A stretch of DNA of 28,937 nt from Raineyaceae bacterium (GCA_043771315.1 JAYVHJ010000474.1:1-28937), one strand, 5' to 3'. Shown: positions 8,362 to 17,560, counted from the stretch's first letter. The notes: a model not told the origin generated them from the letters alone. Made by a program: numbers and translations.

Positions 8362-9291
8362 TTATTCTACAATTATTTGGTGTCCTTCTGTAAGGTTTCC
8401 TTCACTAATTTGCACCAGATATAAACCTGCTTTTAGCGTTTTGAGTGGAATAACAAACTCTTTGGCTTTGTTTGTTTGCGCTGACAATACCAATGCACCA
8501 AAACTATTATAAATATTTACCTCACTAAACGTAATACCTTCTTTGGAATCAATCATTGATTTTATTTGTGGAGGCAATATGGGACATTCAACTGTGGTAG
8601 TTTTTTCTGAAACACCTATTTTTATTTGCTCTGAAGCAGGATTTGGCGAGATATTATACAGTTTTGACGAATTGCTACAAAGACTAGGCAGATTTGTAGG
8701 GTCACTAGGATTATTATAAGAATTATTTAGGGTTATAGGTGCTATAAAATCAGGGTGAGCATACTTCACTAATCCACTTGTATAGATTTGATTGGCTATA
8801 TCAAAAAGTCGTGAGATTTGATTAACTTTAAGTATATAGGTATCATATTGGAGCGTTCTTGCTAGTATCACTTCTCCGCTAAACATTTGAAGTACGCTAG
8901 AAATTGCTACATTAGGTTGCAATTCCAAAATAATTTCGTTGATAGGATACCAAGGCAGGTTTCCTAATTTATAAGCGAAACAAACAAATTCTGCATCAGT
9001 AGTTAAACTCCCTTGCAAATTTTGCAAAAAAACAGCAGCATTCTGATTTATATTACTGATAATAAGCATTTTGTTTCCAAAATTTTGTAAGCAACTAATT
9101 TGTAGGGAATTAGAAATATTAGTGATTGTCTGTTGGGTTGATTGCAGGGTATTCTCATCATACAATCTTACTACAATTTGAGTTTCATCTAAAGATAGCT
9201 CTAATTGTCTACCGCCAGAATAATAATAGGTTTGCGCTTGCACAGACATTGAAACAAGCAAAATAAACAATACAAGTAGTGATTTTTTCAT
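8362..9291 (-). CDS. Secreted protein with signal peptide and C-terminal T9SS sorting domain (Por secretion CTD)
   Basis: N-terminus MKKSLLVLFILLVSMSVQA. C-terminal ~80 aa has the type-A CTD signature SPNPASEQIKI...VNIYNSFGALV...LKAGLYLVQI. The middle region ends in VKYAHPDFIAP, reminiscent of a subtilase-propeptide/inhibitor-like fold (weak). Confidence 0.75.
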   Translation of the reverse strand: MKKSLLVLFILLVSMSVQAQTYYYSGGRQLELSLDETQIVVRLYDENTLQSTQQTITNISNSLQISCLQNFGNKMLIISNINQNAAVFLQNLQGSLTTDAEFVCFAYKLGNLPWYPINEIILELQPNVAISSVLQMFSGEVILARTLQYDTYILKVNQISRLFDIANQIYTSGLVKYAHPDFIAPITLNNSYNNPSDPTNLPSLCSNSSKLYNISPNPASEQIKIGVSEKTTTVECPILPPQIKSMIDSKEGITFSEVNIYNSFGALVLSAQTNKAKEFVIPLKTLKAGLYLVQISEGNLTEGHQIIVE

Positions 9292-9592
9292 AGGTTGTTG
9301 TAGGTTATATTGAATAGGGATTTAATTTCACTGAGTAAAATCTTTTTTTTTCATAAAAGCCTTAAACCTGTCTAATTTATATTATGCAAATATATATAAA
9401 AAATTGGTTTATCAAAAAAATCAGAGAGTAATTGACACAAATACAAACATCTTTTGATTGCATCTTATTATTTTTGCCGTCTGCTTTAGCTGATGGAACA
9501 CTGATTTTAGAGATAATATACTTTGTAACTATTTGATTACCAAATAATTAATTATAATTAAAATATTTATTTTTTGTTTTCTTATTTTTATT

Positions 9593-9623
9593 TTGGAAAA
9601 TACAAAGTATTATCGTACCTTTG
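9593..9623 (+). promoter_or_regulatory. Candidate Bacteroidetes-type promoter upstream of the HU gene
   Basis: TTG (9593-9595)-20 nt-TACCTTTG (9616-9623); 5' UTR ~110 nt. Confidence 0.3.
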
Positions 9624-9743
9624 CAAACTCTAAAATAGTGGTTATTAAGAACTTATAAATTAGCTTACAAACTAAGGTTTATACTTATCAACCAAACCAA
9701 AAAATAGAAAAATCTTAGTCGTTTCATTAAACCATCAACGCAA

Positions 9744-10157
9744 GTGACAAAAGCCGAAATTATTGCAGAAGTAACCAACCAAACGGGTGCAGACAAGCAA
9801 GAAGTGCTGAAAATAGTTGAAAAACTATTTGATGTAGTTAAAAAAAATATGATAGAAGGGAAAAATGTTTATGTGAGAGGCTTTGGCAGTTTCATAAATA
9901 AAAAACGTGCTGAAAAAGTAGCTCGTAATCTTTCTAAGAACGTAGCAATGATTATTCCTGAGCATTATGTGCCAATTTTTAAGCCTTCAAAGACTTTTTT
10001 GGATAAAGTAAAGAAAAATGTAAATGATGGTAATGTTCTTAAAACAACTGTAAAAGCTGGTAAAGCAAAAACTACTAAAAAAGTAGTCAAACCTGCGACA
10101 AAAACAGTTGCAAAAGCAACAGATAAAACTGCTGTGAAACCTACAACAAAAAAATAA
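9744..10157 (+). CDS. HU/IHF-family DNA-binding protein with a lysine/alanine/threonine-rich histone H1-like C-terminal tail
   Basis: GTG start. MTKAEIIAEVTNQTGADKQEVLKIVEKLFDVV...RGFGSF...R is a canonical HU fold. The tail is KAGKAKTTKKVVKPATKTVAKATDKTAVKPTTKK. Confidence 0.85.
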   Translation: MTKAEIIAEVTNQTGADKQEVLKIVEKLFDVVKKNMIEGKNVYVRGFGSFINKKRAEKVARNLSKNVAMIIPEHYVPIFKPSKTFLDKVKKNVNDGNVLKTTVKAGKAKTTKKVVKPATKTVAKATDKTAVKPTTKK

Positions 10158-10200
10158 TTGCTTTTGAAGAAATATTTTAATTGATATTTAACCAAATTTT

Positions 10201-11112
10201 ATGCAAAAAACACAGCTAATTTTGATTGTAGTGGCTATAGCAATAATAGGAGGCTTATATAGCTTGCCTAGAGTTGTTGTAAGCAACCCAGCAAGTCAGA
10301 ATAATGCTGCAAAATCTGCACAAAATGAAGGCAAAAGCGACAATAAAACTGATGCAAATGCGCAAGAACATACTCACGCAGATGGCAGCAAACATACAGG
10401 TTCGCACTCGGAAGATGAGAATACAAGCACACATCAAAAAGGGCTTTCTGAAAGCCAGAAAAACCGTTTGAATACGCTTAAAAAGGCTTATCTACAAGAA
10501 AGCGCAGAGAAAAAAAGCATTGCGCTAGACTCTCTTAATGCTTTTTTTAGAACAGTGAACCTCATTGATAGTGTTGGTTTCTATTTGCTTGCTGATGCTC
10601 GTAGTAATAAAAATACTCCTGATAAGCTAAAACTAGCTGCTGATGCTTATTTTGATGCTTTTGGTTTTGCGTTGGACAGTTCTCGTGCCAAATCTTTGGG
10701 ACAAGAAGCAGAAAAGATTTATACAGAAATCCTAACGCAAAATCCTAAAAATCTTGATGCAAAAGCAAAATTAGGTGTTATCTATGTGAGTTCTAATGCA
10801 GTAGCACCAATGAAAGGCATCAATTTGTTGCTTTCTGTGGTAGAAGAAGACCCAAATAATGAGTTTGCACTCTATAATTTAGGTTTCTTTTCTATGATGC
10901 GTGGCGCACATGACAAAGCCATTGTTAGATTTGAAAAACTTCTGGAAACTCACCCACGCAATATCCAAGCGTGGATGCACCTAGCGGAAAGTTACGAAAC
11001 ATTGGGCAAAAATAAAAAAGCTTATGAGGCACTAGAAAAAGTAAAACAACTAGATAACTCACCAGAAGTACAAAAAGAAGTTAATAAAAAACTTCAAGAA
11101 CTGAAGAAGTAA
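10201..11112 (+). CDS. TPR-repeat protein with N-terminal membrane anchor and a His/Ser-rich linker
   Basis: TM segment LILIVVAIAIIGGLY, then a HTHADGSKHTGSHSEDE low-complexity region, then 4-5 TPR-like repeats (AYFDAFGFALDS, AKAKLGVIYVSS, ALYNLGFFSMMRGAHDKAIVRFEKLLETHPRN, AWMHLAESYETLGKNKKAYEALEKV). Confidence 0.75.
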   Translation: MQKTQLILIVVAIAIIGGLYSLPRVVVSNPASQNNAAKSAQNEGKSDNKTDANAQEHTHADGSKHTGSHSEDENTSTHQKGLSESQKNRLNTLKKAYLQESAEKKSIALDSLNAFFRTVNLIDSVGFYLLADARSNKNTPDKLKLAADAYFDAFGFALDSSRAKSLGQEAEKIYTEILTQNPKNLDAKAKLGVIYVSSNAVAPMKGINLLLSVVEEDPNNEFALYNLGFFSMMRGAHDKAIVRFEKLLETHPRNIQAWMHLAESYETLGKNKKAYEALEKVKQLDNSPEVQKEVNKKLQELKK

Positions 11113-11138
11113 TTACGAATTATCAATTACGAATTACG
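11111..11138. repeat. Heptanucleotide tandem repeat (AATTACG variant) x4
   Basis: AATTACG AATTATC AATTACG AATTACG, starting inside the stop codon of the TPR gene. Confidence 0.65.
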
Positions 11139-11254
11139 AAATTTTTGTATGTATTCAGATACAAAATAAAACAAAAAAAATTAGTGCCGTTGCTTGTGTC
11201 TTCACAAGCAACAAAGGAATTTAATCATTTTCAACATTTTAAAAATCACAAATT

Positions 11255-11344
11255 ATGCCTTGCGGAAAAAAAAGAAAACGTCACAAGATTGCTACACACA
11301 AACGCAAAAAACGTCTAAGAAAAAACAGACACAAGAAAAAATAG
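11255..11344 (+). CDS. 29-aa polybasic peptide, probably a bS22-like ribosomal small protein (absent from the ORF track)
   Basis: ATG...TAG: MPCGKKRKRHKIATHKRKKRLRKNRHKKK, 21 of 29 residues K/R/H. Composition and length resemble mycobacterial/Bacteroidetes bS22 (e.g. ...[20 protein letters not shown]...). Preceded by a stable hairpin. Confidence 0.5.
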   Translation: MPCGKKRKRHKIATHKRKKRLRKNRHKKK

Positions 11345-11540
11345 TTCTTGTCTGAACTCAATATACATCATTCCAAGAGGGTAAAATCTTTTGGAATGAT
11401 TGCGTTTTTAAGATAGTAAGTATTTGATTATCATTTTTTTAATTAAATATTTTGTCAAATAAGTAGGTTTTAGTAATTAGTTGATGTTTTGATAGTATTA
11501 AAAATGATATGTAAAACCTTACTATTAACGTTTTGTATTC

Positions 11541-11568
11541 ATTCACAATTCACAATTCACAATTCACA
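11541..11568. repeat. (ATTCACA)4 heptanucleotide tandem repeat 36 nt upstream of the RNase E/G start codon
   Basis: ATTCACA ATTCACA ATTCACA ATTCACA ATTACCT. Confidence 0.75.
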
Positions 11569-11603
11569 ATTACCTACATACAATCAACTAAAAAAATACG
11601 AAC

Positions 11604-13163
11604 TTGAATAGTGAATTAGTTATTAATTCTACGCCAGAAGGGGTGCGTATTGCCCTTTTGAAAGACAAAAAAATTGTAGAATACCATATTGAGGAAACTG
11701 GAAGTAATTTTGGAGTAGGAGATATTTATTTAGGAACTATTCGTAAGATAATGCCTGGGCTAAATGCCGCTTTTATTGATATAGGGTACGAAAAAGATGC
11801 TTTTTTACACTATCTTGATTTGGGCGCAAATGTGCCCTCATTGCTAAAATATACCAAAGACACTATTGCCAAAAGGCAACAAACACACAAACTAGATACT
11901 TTTACGCTTGAGCCACCTATTGAAAAAATAGGTAAAGTAACGCAAGTGCTTAACCGTAATACCCCAATTCTTGTTCAGATAACAAAAGAACCCATTTCTA
12001 CAAAAGGACCTCGTTTGTCTTGCGAAATCTCTATTGCAGGGCGTTATATGGTGCTTGTGCCATTTGCTAGTTCTGTTAATATTTCTAAGAAAATAGCCTC
12101 AAAGGAAGAAAGAAATAGGCTTTTAAGGCTGATTAGTTCTATCAAACCTAAGAATTTTGGCGTGATTGTGCGCACTGCTGCAGAAGGCGTTGAGGTAGCA
12201 GAACTTGATACAGATTTGCGTGATTTGGTGGAAAAATGGGAAAGTGGTTATAATAAATTGCGTGATGCAATGCCTCGTGACAAGATTTTGGGCGAAATAG
12301 GACGTGTAAGTTCTATTTTGCGTGATATGTTGAATGATAATTTTGATAGCATTTTGGTAGATGATAAAGCTATTTTTGAAGAAATAAAGGCTTTTGTAAA
12401 AATCATCTCACCAAAACACGAAAAAATAGTCAAATTTCATAATTCAAAAGTGCCTATTTTTGAACTTCTGAACATAGAAAAACAACTTAAAAGTTTGTTT
12501 GGAAAAACAGTTAGTTTGCAAAAAGGCGGTTATTTGGTCATAGAGCATACAGAAGCATTACACGTAATTGACGTGAATAGTGGCAATAAATCAACAGCGC
12601 AAGAAAGTCAGGAAGAAACAGCACTTGCCGTAAACCTAGAAGCAGCAGCAGAAGTCGCTAGACAGCTTCGTATGCGTGATATGGGTGGTATTGTGGTAGT
12701 GGATTTTATTGATATGAAACGTGCTGAATACAAATTACAAGTATTTGAAAAAATGCGCCAATCAATGGCAGAAGACCGTGCCAAACACACTATTTTGCCT
12801 ATTACAAAGTTTGGACTGATGCAAATCACACGCCAAAGGGTGCGCCCAGAAATGAACATCAAAACCCTAGAAGATTGTCCTACCTGTGCAGGAACAGGCA
12901 AAATAGGTGCTAGTATCTTGATTTCTGATAACATTGATTTAATGTTGGCACACGTTTTGGAAAAACAAAATGAAGCGGGAATTACGCTCACTTTGCACCC
13001 ATTTTTAGTAGCTTATTACACAAAAGGCTTTCCTTCAAGACGTGCAAAATGGTTTTTCAAATACAAAAAATGGATAAAAATTATTGCGGATAACTCCTTG
13101 TCTATCAATGATTTCAAATTCAAAAACAAAGAAGGTATTGAATTAGAGTTAGATAAATTCTAA
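11604..13163 (+). CDS. rng: Ribonuclease E/G family endoribonuclease (RNase G-like)
   Basis: TTG start. 519 aa. S1 domain near the N-terminus (VGDIYLGTIRKIMPGLNAAFIDIG), DNase I-like catalytic region (HVIDVNSG...D...MGGIVVVDFIDM), Zn-link CPTCAGTG. Confidence 0.85.
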   Translation: MNSELVINSTPEGVRIALLKDKKIVEYHIEETGSNFGVGDIYLGTIRKIMPGLNAAFIDIGYEKDAFLHYLDLGANVPSLLKYTKDTIAKRQQTHKLDTFTLEPPIEKIGKVTQVLNRNTPILVQITKEPISTKGPRLSCEISIAGRYMVLVPFASSVNISKKIASKEERNRLLRLISSIKPKNFGVIVRTAAEGVEVAELDTDLRDLVEKWESGYNKLRDAMPRDKILGEIGRVSSILRDMLNDNFDSILVDDKAIFEEIKAFVKIISPKHEKIVKFHNSKVPIFELLNIEKQLKSLFGKTVSLQKGGYLVIEHTEALHVIDVNSGNKSTAQESQEETALAVNLEAAAEVARQLRMRDMGGIVVVDFIDMKRAEYKLQVFEKMRQSMAEDRAKHTILPITKFGLMQITRQRVRPEMNIKTLEDCPTCAGTGKIGASILISDNIDLMLAHVLEKQNEAGITLTLHPFLVAYYTKGFPSRRAKWFFKYKKWIKIIADNSLSINDFKFKNKEGIELELDKF

Positions 13164-13203
13164 AAATCCCTGAAAAAAATTACAAGTATTCCTCAAAATA
13201 CGC

Positions 13204-13241
13204 AAAAGTGTTATTCTGATTATCAGAATAGCACTTTTTTT
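13204..13241. repeat. 38-bp palindromic terminator-like element, copy 1 (A4-GTGTTATTCTGAT-TATCAGAATAGCAC-T7)
   Basis: Nearly identical (1 mismatch) to 15570-15608. Perfect 13-bp stem with an A-tract upstream and a T-tract downstream, so a bidirectional terminator. Confidence 0.65.
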
Positions 13242-13337
13242 ATTAAAGTTAATTATTTTGTTACTTTGCTTGTAAAATGAAAAAAAGTATATATTTTTAC
13301 GCCAAGTTACTAGTTATCCCATTAATCAATTTTTTGA

Positions 13338-15557
13338 ATGCCTTATCCTCATCTGCTTACTGCTACAAGAGAGCCTCTTGATATTTTTTTAAATGTTATT
13401 TCAGGGATTATTCCAACAGATTTATCTGGTTTTGTTTTCATCAATTCTGGTGCTGGTAGCATCAATTCTAATGGTTTGCCTTTTGCTAAAAATATGGCTG
13501 ATGGTACTCCCAACCAAGAATATGGCTCACCTGTCATCAATGGAGATGGCTATATATTCCGTTTTGACCTTACGCAAGAAGGCAAAATACACCTAAAAAC
13601 GGATATTTTTCGTACCCCTTGCTATTATGCTGACGTGGCTACGAGTGCTATCACTAATCCAAAAGATAACCGTTTTTGGCACTTGGGTTTCAAGAATTTA
13701 GGTTTGGCTCGTATTTCTTCTGAGTTGGGTACACGTAATCAATTAAATACGGCTATTACACCTTTTCGTTTAAGCAAAAATAGTAATGAATTGCGCTTAT
13801 TAGCTAATTTTGATGCTGGTCGCCCGTTTGAATTTGATCCCAAAAAACTAACGCTTATCACGCCTATTGGTCAAAATGAGTTTTGGGAAGATGGTATGCC
13901 ACCCTTTATGAAGCAACCAATTGCAATGGTACTTACAACGGCTCACCCTGTTTTTGATGCAGAAACAAAAGAGCTATTTAGTGTAAATTTTACTAAAACC
14001 ACACGTGCATTAATGGAAGCAACCACTATTTTTGATGTTTTGCCTAAGAAAAAAACAAAAAAAATGGAGAAAGAAATATTACATAAGATTGTGCTTTGGG
14101 AAAAAGCAGAAGTAAATAAAACCCTTTACACAAATGTTACCCAGTTTTTTAAGGGCTTACGGAATAAAACGAGAATAAAACAAAGTTTTTTTAAGAAATC
14201 TCGTAGAAAAATTAGTGCTTTATTCACTAAGATAGTTACAAAAAAAATTTCTAATCAAAATAATATACAACTATTACTTTGGGAAGGAGAAACTGTACTA
14301 AAAAAATGGCAAGTTGTTGATAAGCAAGGAAAAAATATTGAAATAGCTCATAATATGCATCAAATAGGTCTTACGAAAGATTATTTATTGTTGGCGGACA
14401 CCAATTTTAAGTTCTCTTTTGATATTATGGTGAATAATCCATTTCCTAAAAATTATAGACTAGGGGCTTTTTTTAGAAAATTAGTAAGTGGTGTGATGAA
14501 TGATTATTCAAGTATTTATATTGTTAATAGAAAAGATTTATTAGACAACAAAACCTCTGTAGTAGCTCAAAAAACCACATTGCCTGTTGAAACAGTACAT
14601 TTTTCTGCTAATTATGAAAATCCTGATGGTATTATTACAGTGCATACAGCACATAACTGTTCTGCTTGCCCCGCTGATTGGTTGCGACCTTATGATAAAT
14701 TGAAAATAGGGCAAAAATTAGTGGATAAACAGCGTTTGGGACTTATTGCAGTAGGTGAGATGGACATAGGAAAAATAGGAAAATGTGTCATAGATGCTAA
14801 AAACGGCAAATTATTAGAAGATAAAACAACATTTTTGCACCTCACAGGAGAAGACAAAGAAGGTAATCTTACAGGCGCACATACGTGGGGTGTTGGGTTA
14901 TATACGTATAGATATATGCTTTCACCTGATGAAAATGTAGCAGAAATTACGCATATTTTTTGGCAAAGTTATGGGCTTTCCAATCAAATGCTAACTAATT
15001 TTATTTATGATTTGTACAAAAATCCTAAAAGAAATAGGGTTTTTCAGGCAGAAGAAGTACTTGCTTTTACTGAAAAAGAAGCACCTTATATCTTAAAATG
15101 TGTGGCTACTGATACAATGACAGTAGATGATTATTTTTTGTTCCCAAAAGACTATTTTATGTGGTCTTTGCAGTTTGTACCACGCAAATACACACAAAAT
15201 GCCCGTAATGAGGCAATTCCTTTGCAAAAAGATGGTTATATTTTTTGTACGGTGGTTACAACAGAAAATATAATTATTAATAATAAAGAAATAAAACAAC
15301 ACAATTCTGAAATATGGCTTTTTGATGCTAATAATCTTGCGCAAGGTGCTATTTGCAAACTTGATCACCCAGCAATGCAATTTGCCTTTACTATTCATAG
15401 CGTTTGGGTGAAAGAGGCAAATGAGGTTTCTACGCCAGATTATATTATTCCTATGAAACCTGATTATGATTTTATGATAGAAAGAATGGGGGGAAAGAAC
15501 ACGAGAAAAAAAACACAGATACTATTTGATGAATATGTTTATCCTCATTTTAAATAA
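13338..15557 (+). CDS. Carotenoid cleavage oxygenase / RPE65-family protein with a ~100-aa Lys-rich insertion
   Basis: 739 aa. CCO landmarks: NGDGYIFRFDL, NTAITPFRL...LRLLANFDAGRPFEFDPKKLTL, TTAHPVFD, MHQIGLTKDYLLLAD, VHFSANYENPDG, FVPRK...KDGYIFCTVV. Residues ~235-335 (KKKTKKMEKEIL...KKWQ) form an extra low-complexity insert. Confidence 0.65.
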   Translation: MPYPHLLTATREPLDIFLNVISGIIPTDLSGFVFINSGAGSINSNGLPFAKNMADGTPNQEYGSPVINGDGYIFRFDLTQEGKIHLKTDIFRTPCYYADVATSAITNPKDNRFWHLGFKNLGLARISSELGTRNQLNTAITPFRLSKNSNELRLLANFDAGRPFEFDPKKLTLITPIGQNEFWEDGMPPFMKQPIAMVLTTAHPVFDAETKELFSVNFTKTTRALMEATTIFDVLPKKKTKKMEKEILHKIVLWEKAEVNKTLYTNVTQFFKGLRNKTRIKQSFFKKSRRKISALFTKIVTKKISNQNNIQLLLWEGETVLKKWQVVDKQGKNIEIAHNMHQIGLTKDYLLLADTNFKFSFDIMVNNPFPKNYRLGAFFRKLVSGVMNDYSSIYIVNRKDLLDNKTSVVAQKTTLPVETVHFSANYENPDGIITVHTAHNCSACPADWLRPYDKLKIGQKLVDKQRLGLIAVGEMDIGKIGKCVIDAKNGKLLEDKTTFLHLTGEDKEGNLTGAHTWGVGLYTYRYMLSPDENVAEITHIFWQSYGLSNQMLTNFIYDLYKNPKRNRVFQAEEVLAFTEKEAPYILKCVATDTMTVDDYFLFPKDYFMWSLQFVPRKYTQNARNEAIPLQKDGYIFCTVVTTENIIINNKEIKQHNSEIWLFDANNLAQGAICKLDHPAMQFAFTIHSVWVKEANEVSTPDYIIPMKPDYDFMIERMGGKNTRKKTQILFDEYVYPHFK

Positions 15558-15569
15558 ATTTCCATAATA

Positions 15570-15608
15570 AAAAAGTGTTATTCTGATTATCAGAATAACA
15601 CTTTTTTT
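15570..15608. repeat. 38-bp palindromic terminator-like element, copy 2 (shared terminator of the convergent CCO and hutG genes)
   Basis: AAAAAGTGTTATTCTGATTATCAGAATAACACTTTTTTT. Confidence 0.65.
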
Positions 15609-15630
15609 ATTAACATCAGTTAAGAGTATT

Positions 15631-16635
15631 TTATGAAACCACTTTGAAAATCAAATTTGCAGCAAGTTTTGCAGTTTGCTCATCTCTATCAAATTGCGGA
15701 TTAAGTTCTGCAATATCAAATGCAATGATTTTGCGAGTATTTGCAAGGTAATCTAAAAGCGCAAAAATCACCTCTGGATAGACACCTTCTCCATTTGTAG
15801 CACTTACAGCAGGTGCAAAGGCTGCCGCAAAAACGTCCATACAAACCGTAATATAAAGTGCATCTTTGTCGGCTACAAAATATTCTAATTTTTCTAATAA
15901 TTCTGATAAATAGTGCATATTTACCCTGTTTGAGAGGATATATTCTGCGCCAATTTCTTTTGCATTATTGAAAACTTTGGTTGTATTACTTTGTTTTTGG
16001 ATACCAATAGCAAGATAATGAAAGGGCATAGCATTTTTTTCACAAAGTTCCGAAATTTGCAAAAAAGGCGTACCAGAATTGCCTTTTCCTATTCTGCTAA
16101 CGCTTCCACTAGTTGCATTGTCTTTGTAACTACGAGTATCCAAATGTGCATCAAAATTGATAATACCCACATTTAGTTGATGTTTTCTTGCGAAATGATG
16201 AATACCCAAATAATGCCCGTAGGCTACCTCGTGTCCGCCACCCAAAACAATGCTTTTGTAGCCTTTGGAAAGAATATAATCAATTTTCTCGCCTAAATCC
16301 ACTTGTGCATCTTCCAAAAAATCACCTAAACACACCACATCTCCAATATCAATAATTTTACTTTTATCAGAAAGATGATAGGGAAGGTTAGAAAGTGCTT
16401 TTCTAATGTGTTTTGGAGCTTCACTTGCACCAATACGCCCCAAGTTACGTTTTACGCCCTCATCACAACAAAAGCCTGTAATAACGTAGCTAACAGCATC
16501 ATTTGCAGACACAGGCGTAAAATCTGGGCTATTGATAGGGAGTGTTTGTATGGCTTGATGCCAACGGAAACCCTCACGACCATCTAGCGTGTCTATGCGT
16601 CCTTGCCAAAGTTTTTTGTTGGGTATTCTATACAT
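15631..16635 (-). CDS. hutG: Formimidoylglutamase (arginase/ureohydrolase superfamily)
   Basis: 334 aa. HutG-type N-terminus (W.GR.D......R.HQ), metal ligands GGGHEVAYGH, INFDAHLD, SVCMDVFAAAFAP. No other hut genes nearby, so the in vivo substrate is uncertain. Confidence 0.75.
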   Translation of the reverse strand: MYRIPNKKLWQGRIDTLDGREGFRWHQAIQTLPINSPDFTPVSANDAVSYVITGFCCDEGVKRNLGRIGASEAPKHIRKALSNLPYHLSDKSKIIDIGDVVCLGDFLEDAQVDLGEKIDYILSKGYKSIVLGGGHEVAYGHYLGIHHFARKHQLNVGIINFDAHLDTRSYKDNATSGSVSRIGKGNSGTPFLQISELCEKNAMPFHYLAIGIQKQSNTTKVFNNAKEIGAEYILSNRVNMHYLSELLEKLEYFVADKDALYITVCMDVFAAAFAPAVSATNGEGVYPEVIFALLDYLANTRKIIAFDIAELNPQFDRDEQTAKLAANLIFKVVS

Positions 16636-16640
16636 TTTTT

Positions 16641-16668
16641 AATTGTGAATTGTAAATTGTGAATGAAT
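16641..16668. repeat. Heptanucleotide repeat (AATTGTG, the reverse complement of CACAATT) x4, immediately 5' of the hutG start on the coding strand
   Basis: AATTGTG AATTGTA AATTGTG AATGAAT. Confidence 0.7.
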
Positions 16669-16684
16669 ACAGTTTTAGCATATT

Positions 16685-17500
16685 TCAATCCCCGCCACCA
16701 CCATCTCCATCTCCGCCACTGCTATCACCTGCGTCACCAATAGCGTCAGCAATACCATCAATGGCATCAAGAATAGTATCCAAAGCATCTGTCAAGTCTT
16801 CTAAATCTTTTTCTAAATGGATTTTTTTTAAAGTATTTGTAATTTCTTCATTTTCAGAGGGTTGTTGCGCCCAAAGCGTCAGTTTTTTTTTAATTTCTTC
16901 TTGTAAACTTATTTTGTGCAAACTAAATTGCCCACCATAGACAAGGCAATAAAGTTTGCAGGCACTAGCAATTTTTAGAATAATAAAATCTGTTAAATCT
17001 GCTTCTTGTTCTCCAGAAACAATTTTTTGGAGTTTTTCTTGATAGTTTAACCTTGTTTGGTCTGATGTAATATGAGTAGATTTGTAGGTAAAAATACCTA
17101 AAAATTTCTTTTTTTCTGTGATAATCATTTTTTTATCTTCTAAACTGCTGATTATCTGTGAAATAAGTTTTATTTTTCTGTCTATAGCCATTCCTAGCCA
17201 GTCAGCTACTGTTTGTGCAGTTTCTTGTTTTTTGCCACTGCGCCAAAACCAATTTACCTTTTTAGGAATGGTACAATTTTCCCAAATAGCATATAATAAA
17301 GCATCTTTTGGAGGATTTTTGATAAGCCCTAAAAGTTCTTTTTTGCCTTTCCAAGAAATGTTTTCTTGCAAAATCATTTCCATAAGCGTACCACCTGCAA
17401 CCGCATACAAAAATGGTGCATAATACTTTACATAGGGTGTTTCTCCTTTTTCTGATGTTGTACCAAGCCAATACAGCTTTTCAAAAATAGTTAAATCCAT
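16685..17500 (-). CDS. GPP34 (GOLPH3-like) family protein with a C-terminal Asp/Gly-rich tail
   Basis: N-terminus LTIFEKLYWLGTTSEKGE...YAPFLYAVAGGTLMEMILQENI matches the GPP34 signature LLLLa.DDe.Gk.....l.yaLAGA.L.EL. The C-terminus is DAIDGIADAIGDAGDSSGGDGDGGGGD. Confidence 0.5.
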   Translation of the reverse strand: MDLTIFEKLYWLGTTSEKGETPYVKYYAPFLYAVAGGTLMEMILQENISWKGKKELLGLIKNPPKDALLYAIWENCTIPKKVNWFWRSGKKQETAQTVADWLGMAIDRKIKLISQIISSLEDKKMIITEKKKFLGIFTYKSTHITSDQTRLNYQEKLQKIVSGEQEADLTDFIILKIASACKLYCLVYGGQFSLHKISLQEEIKKKLTLWAQQPSENEEITNTLKKIHLEKDLEDLTDALDTILDAIDGIADAIGDAGDSSGGDGDGGGGD

Positions 17501-17560
17501 TGTTTTTTAATTATGAATTTTTAATTATAAACTAAATATAAAGTATCCTTAATCAAAATT

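Noticed and set aside
9292-9743. 450-bp AT-rich intergenic region checked for a tRNA or other structured RNA gene
   Set aside because: No GC-rich cloverleaf-like stems or conserved tRNA boxes. It looks like a promoter/leader region for the HU gene; a candidate -33/-7 promoter is at 9593-9623.
13277-13378. 34-aa signal-peptide-like ORF overlapping the CCO start in another frame
   Set aside because: Not called as a gene. It is out of frame with the CCO by 1 nt and has no independent support. It is recorded within the CCO finding as a possible homopolymer indel.
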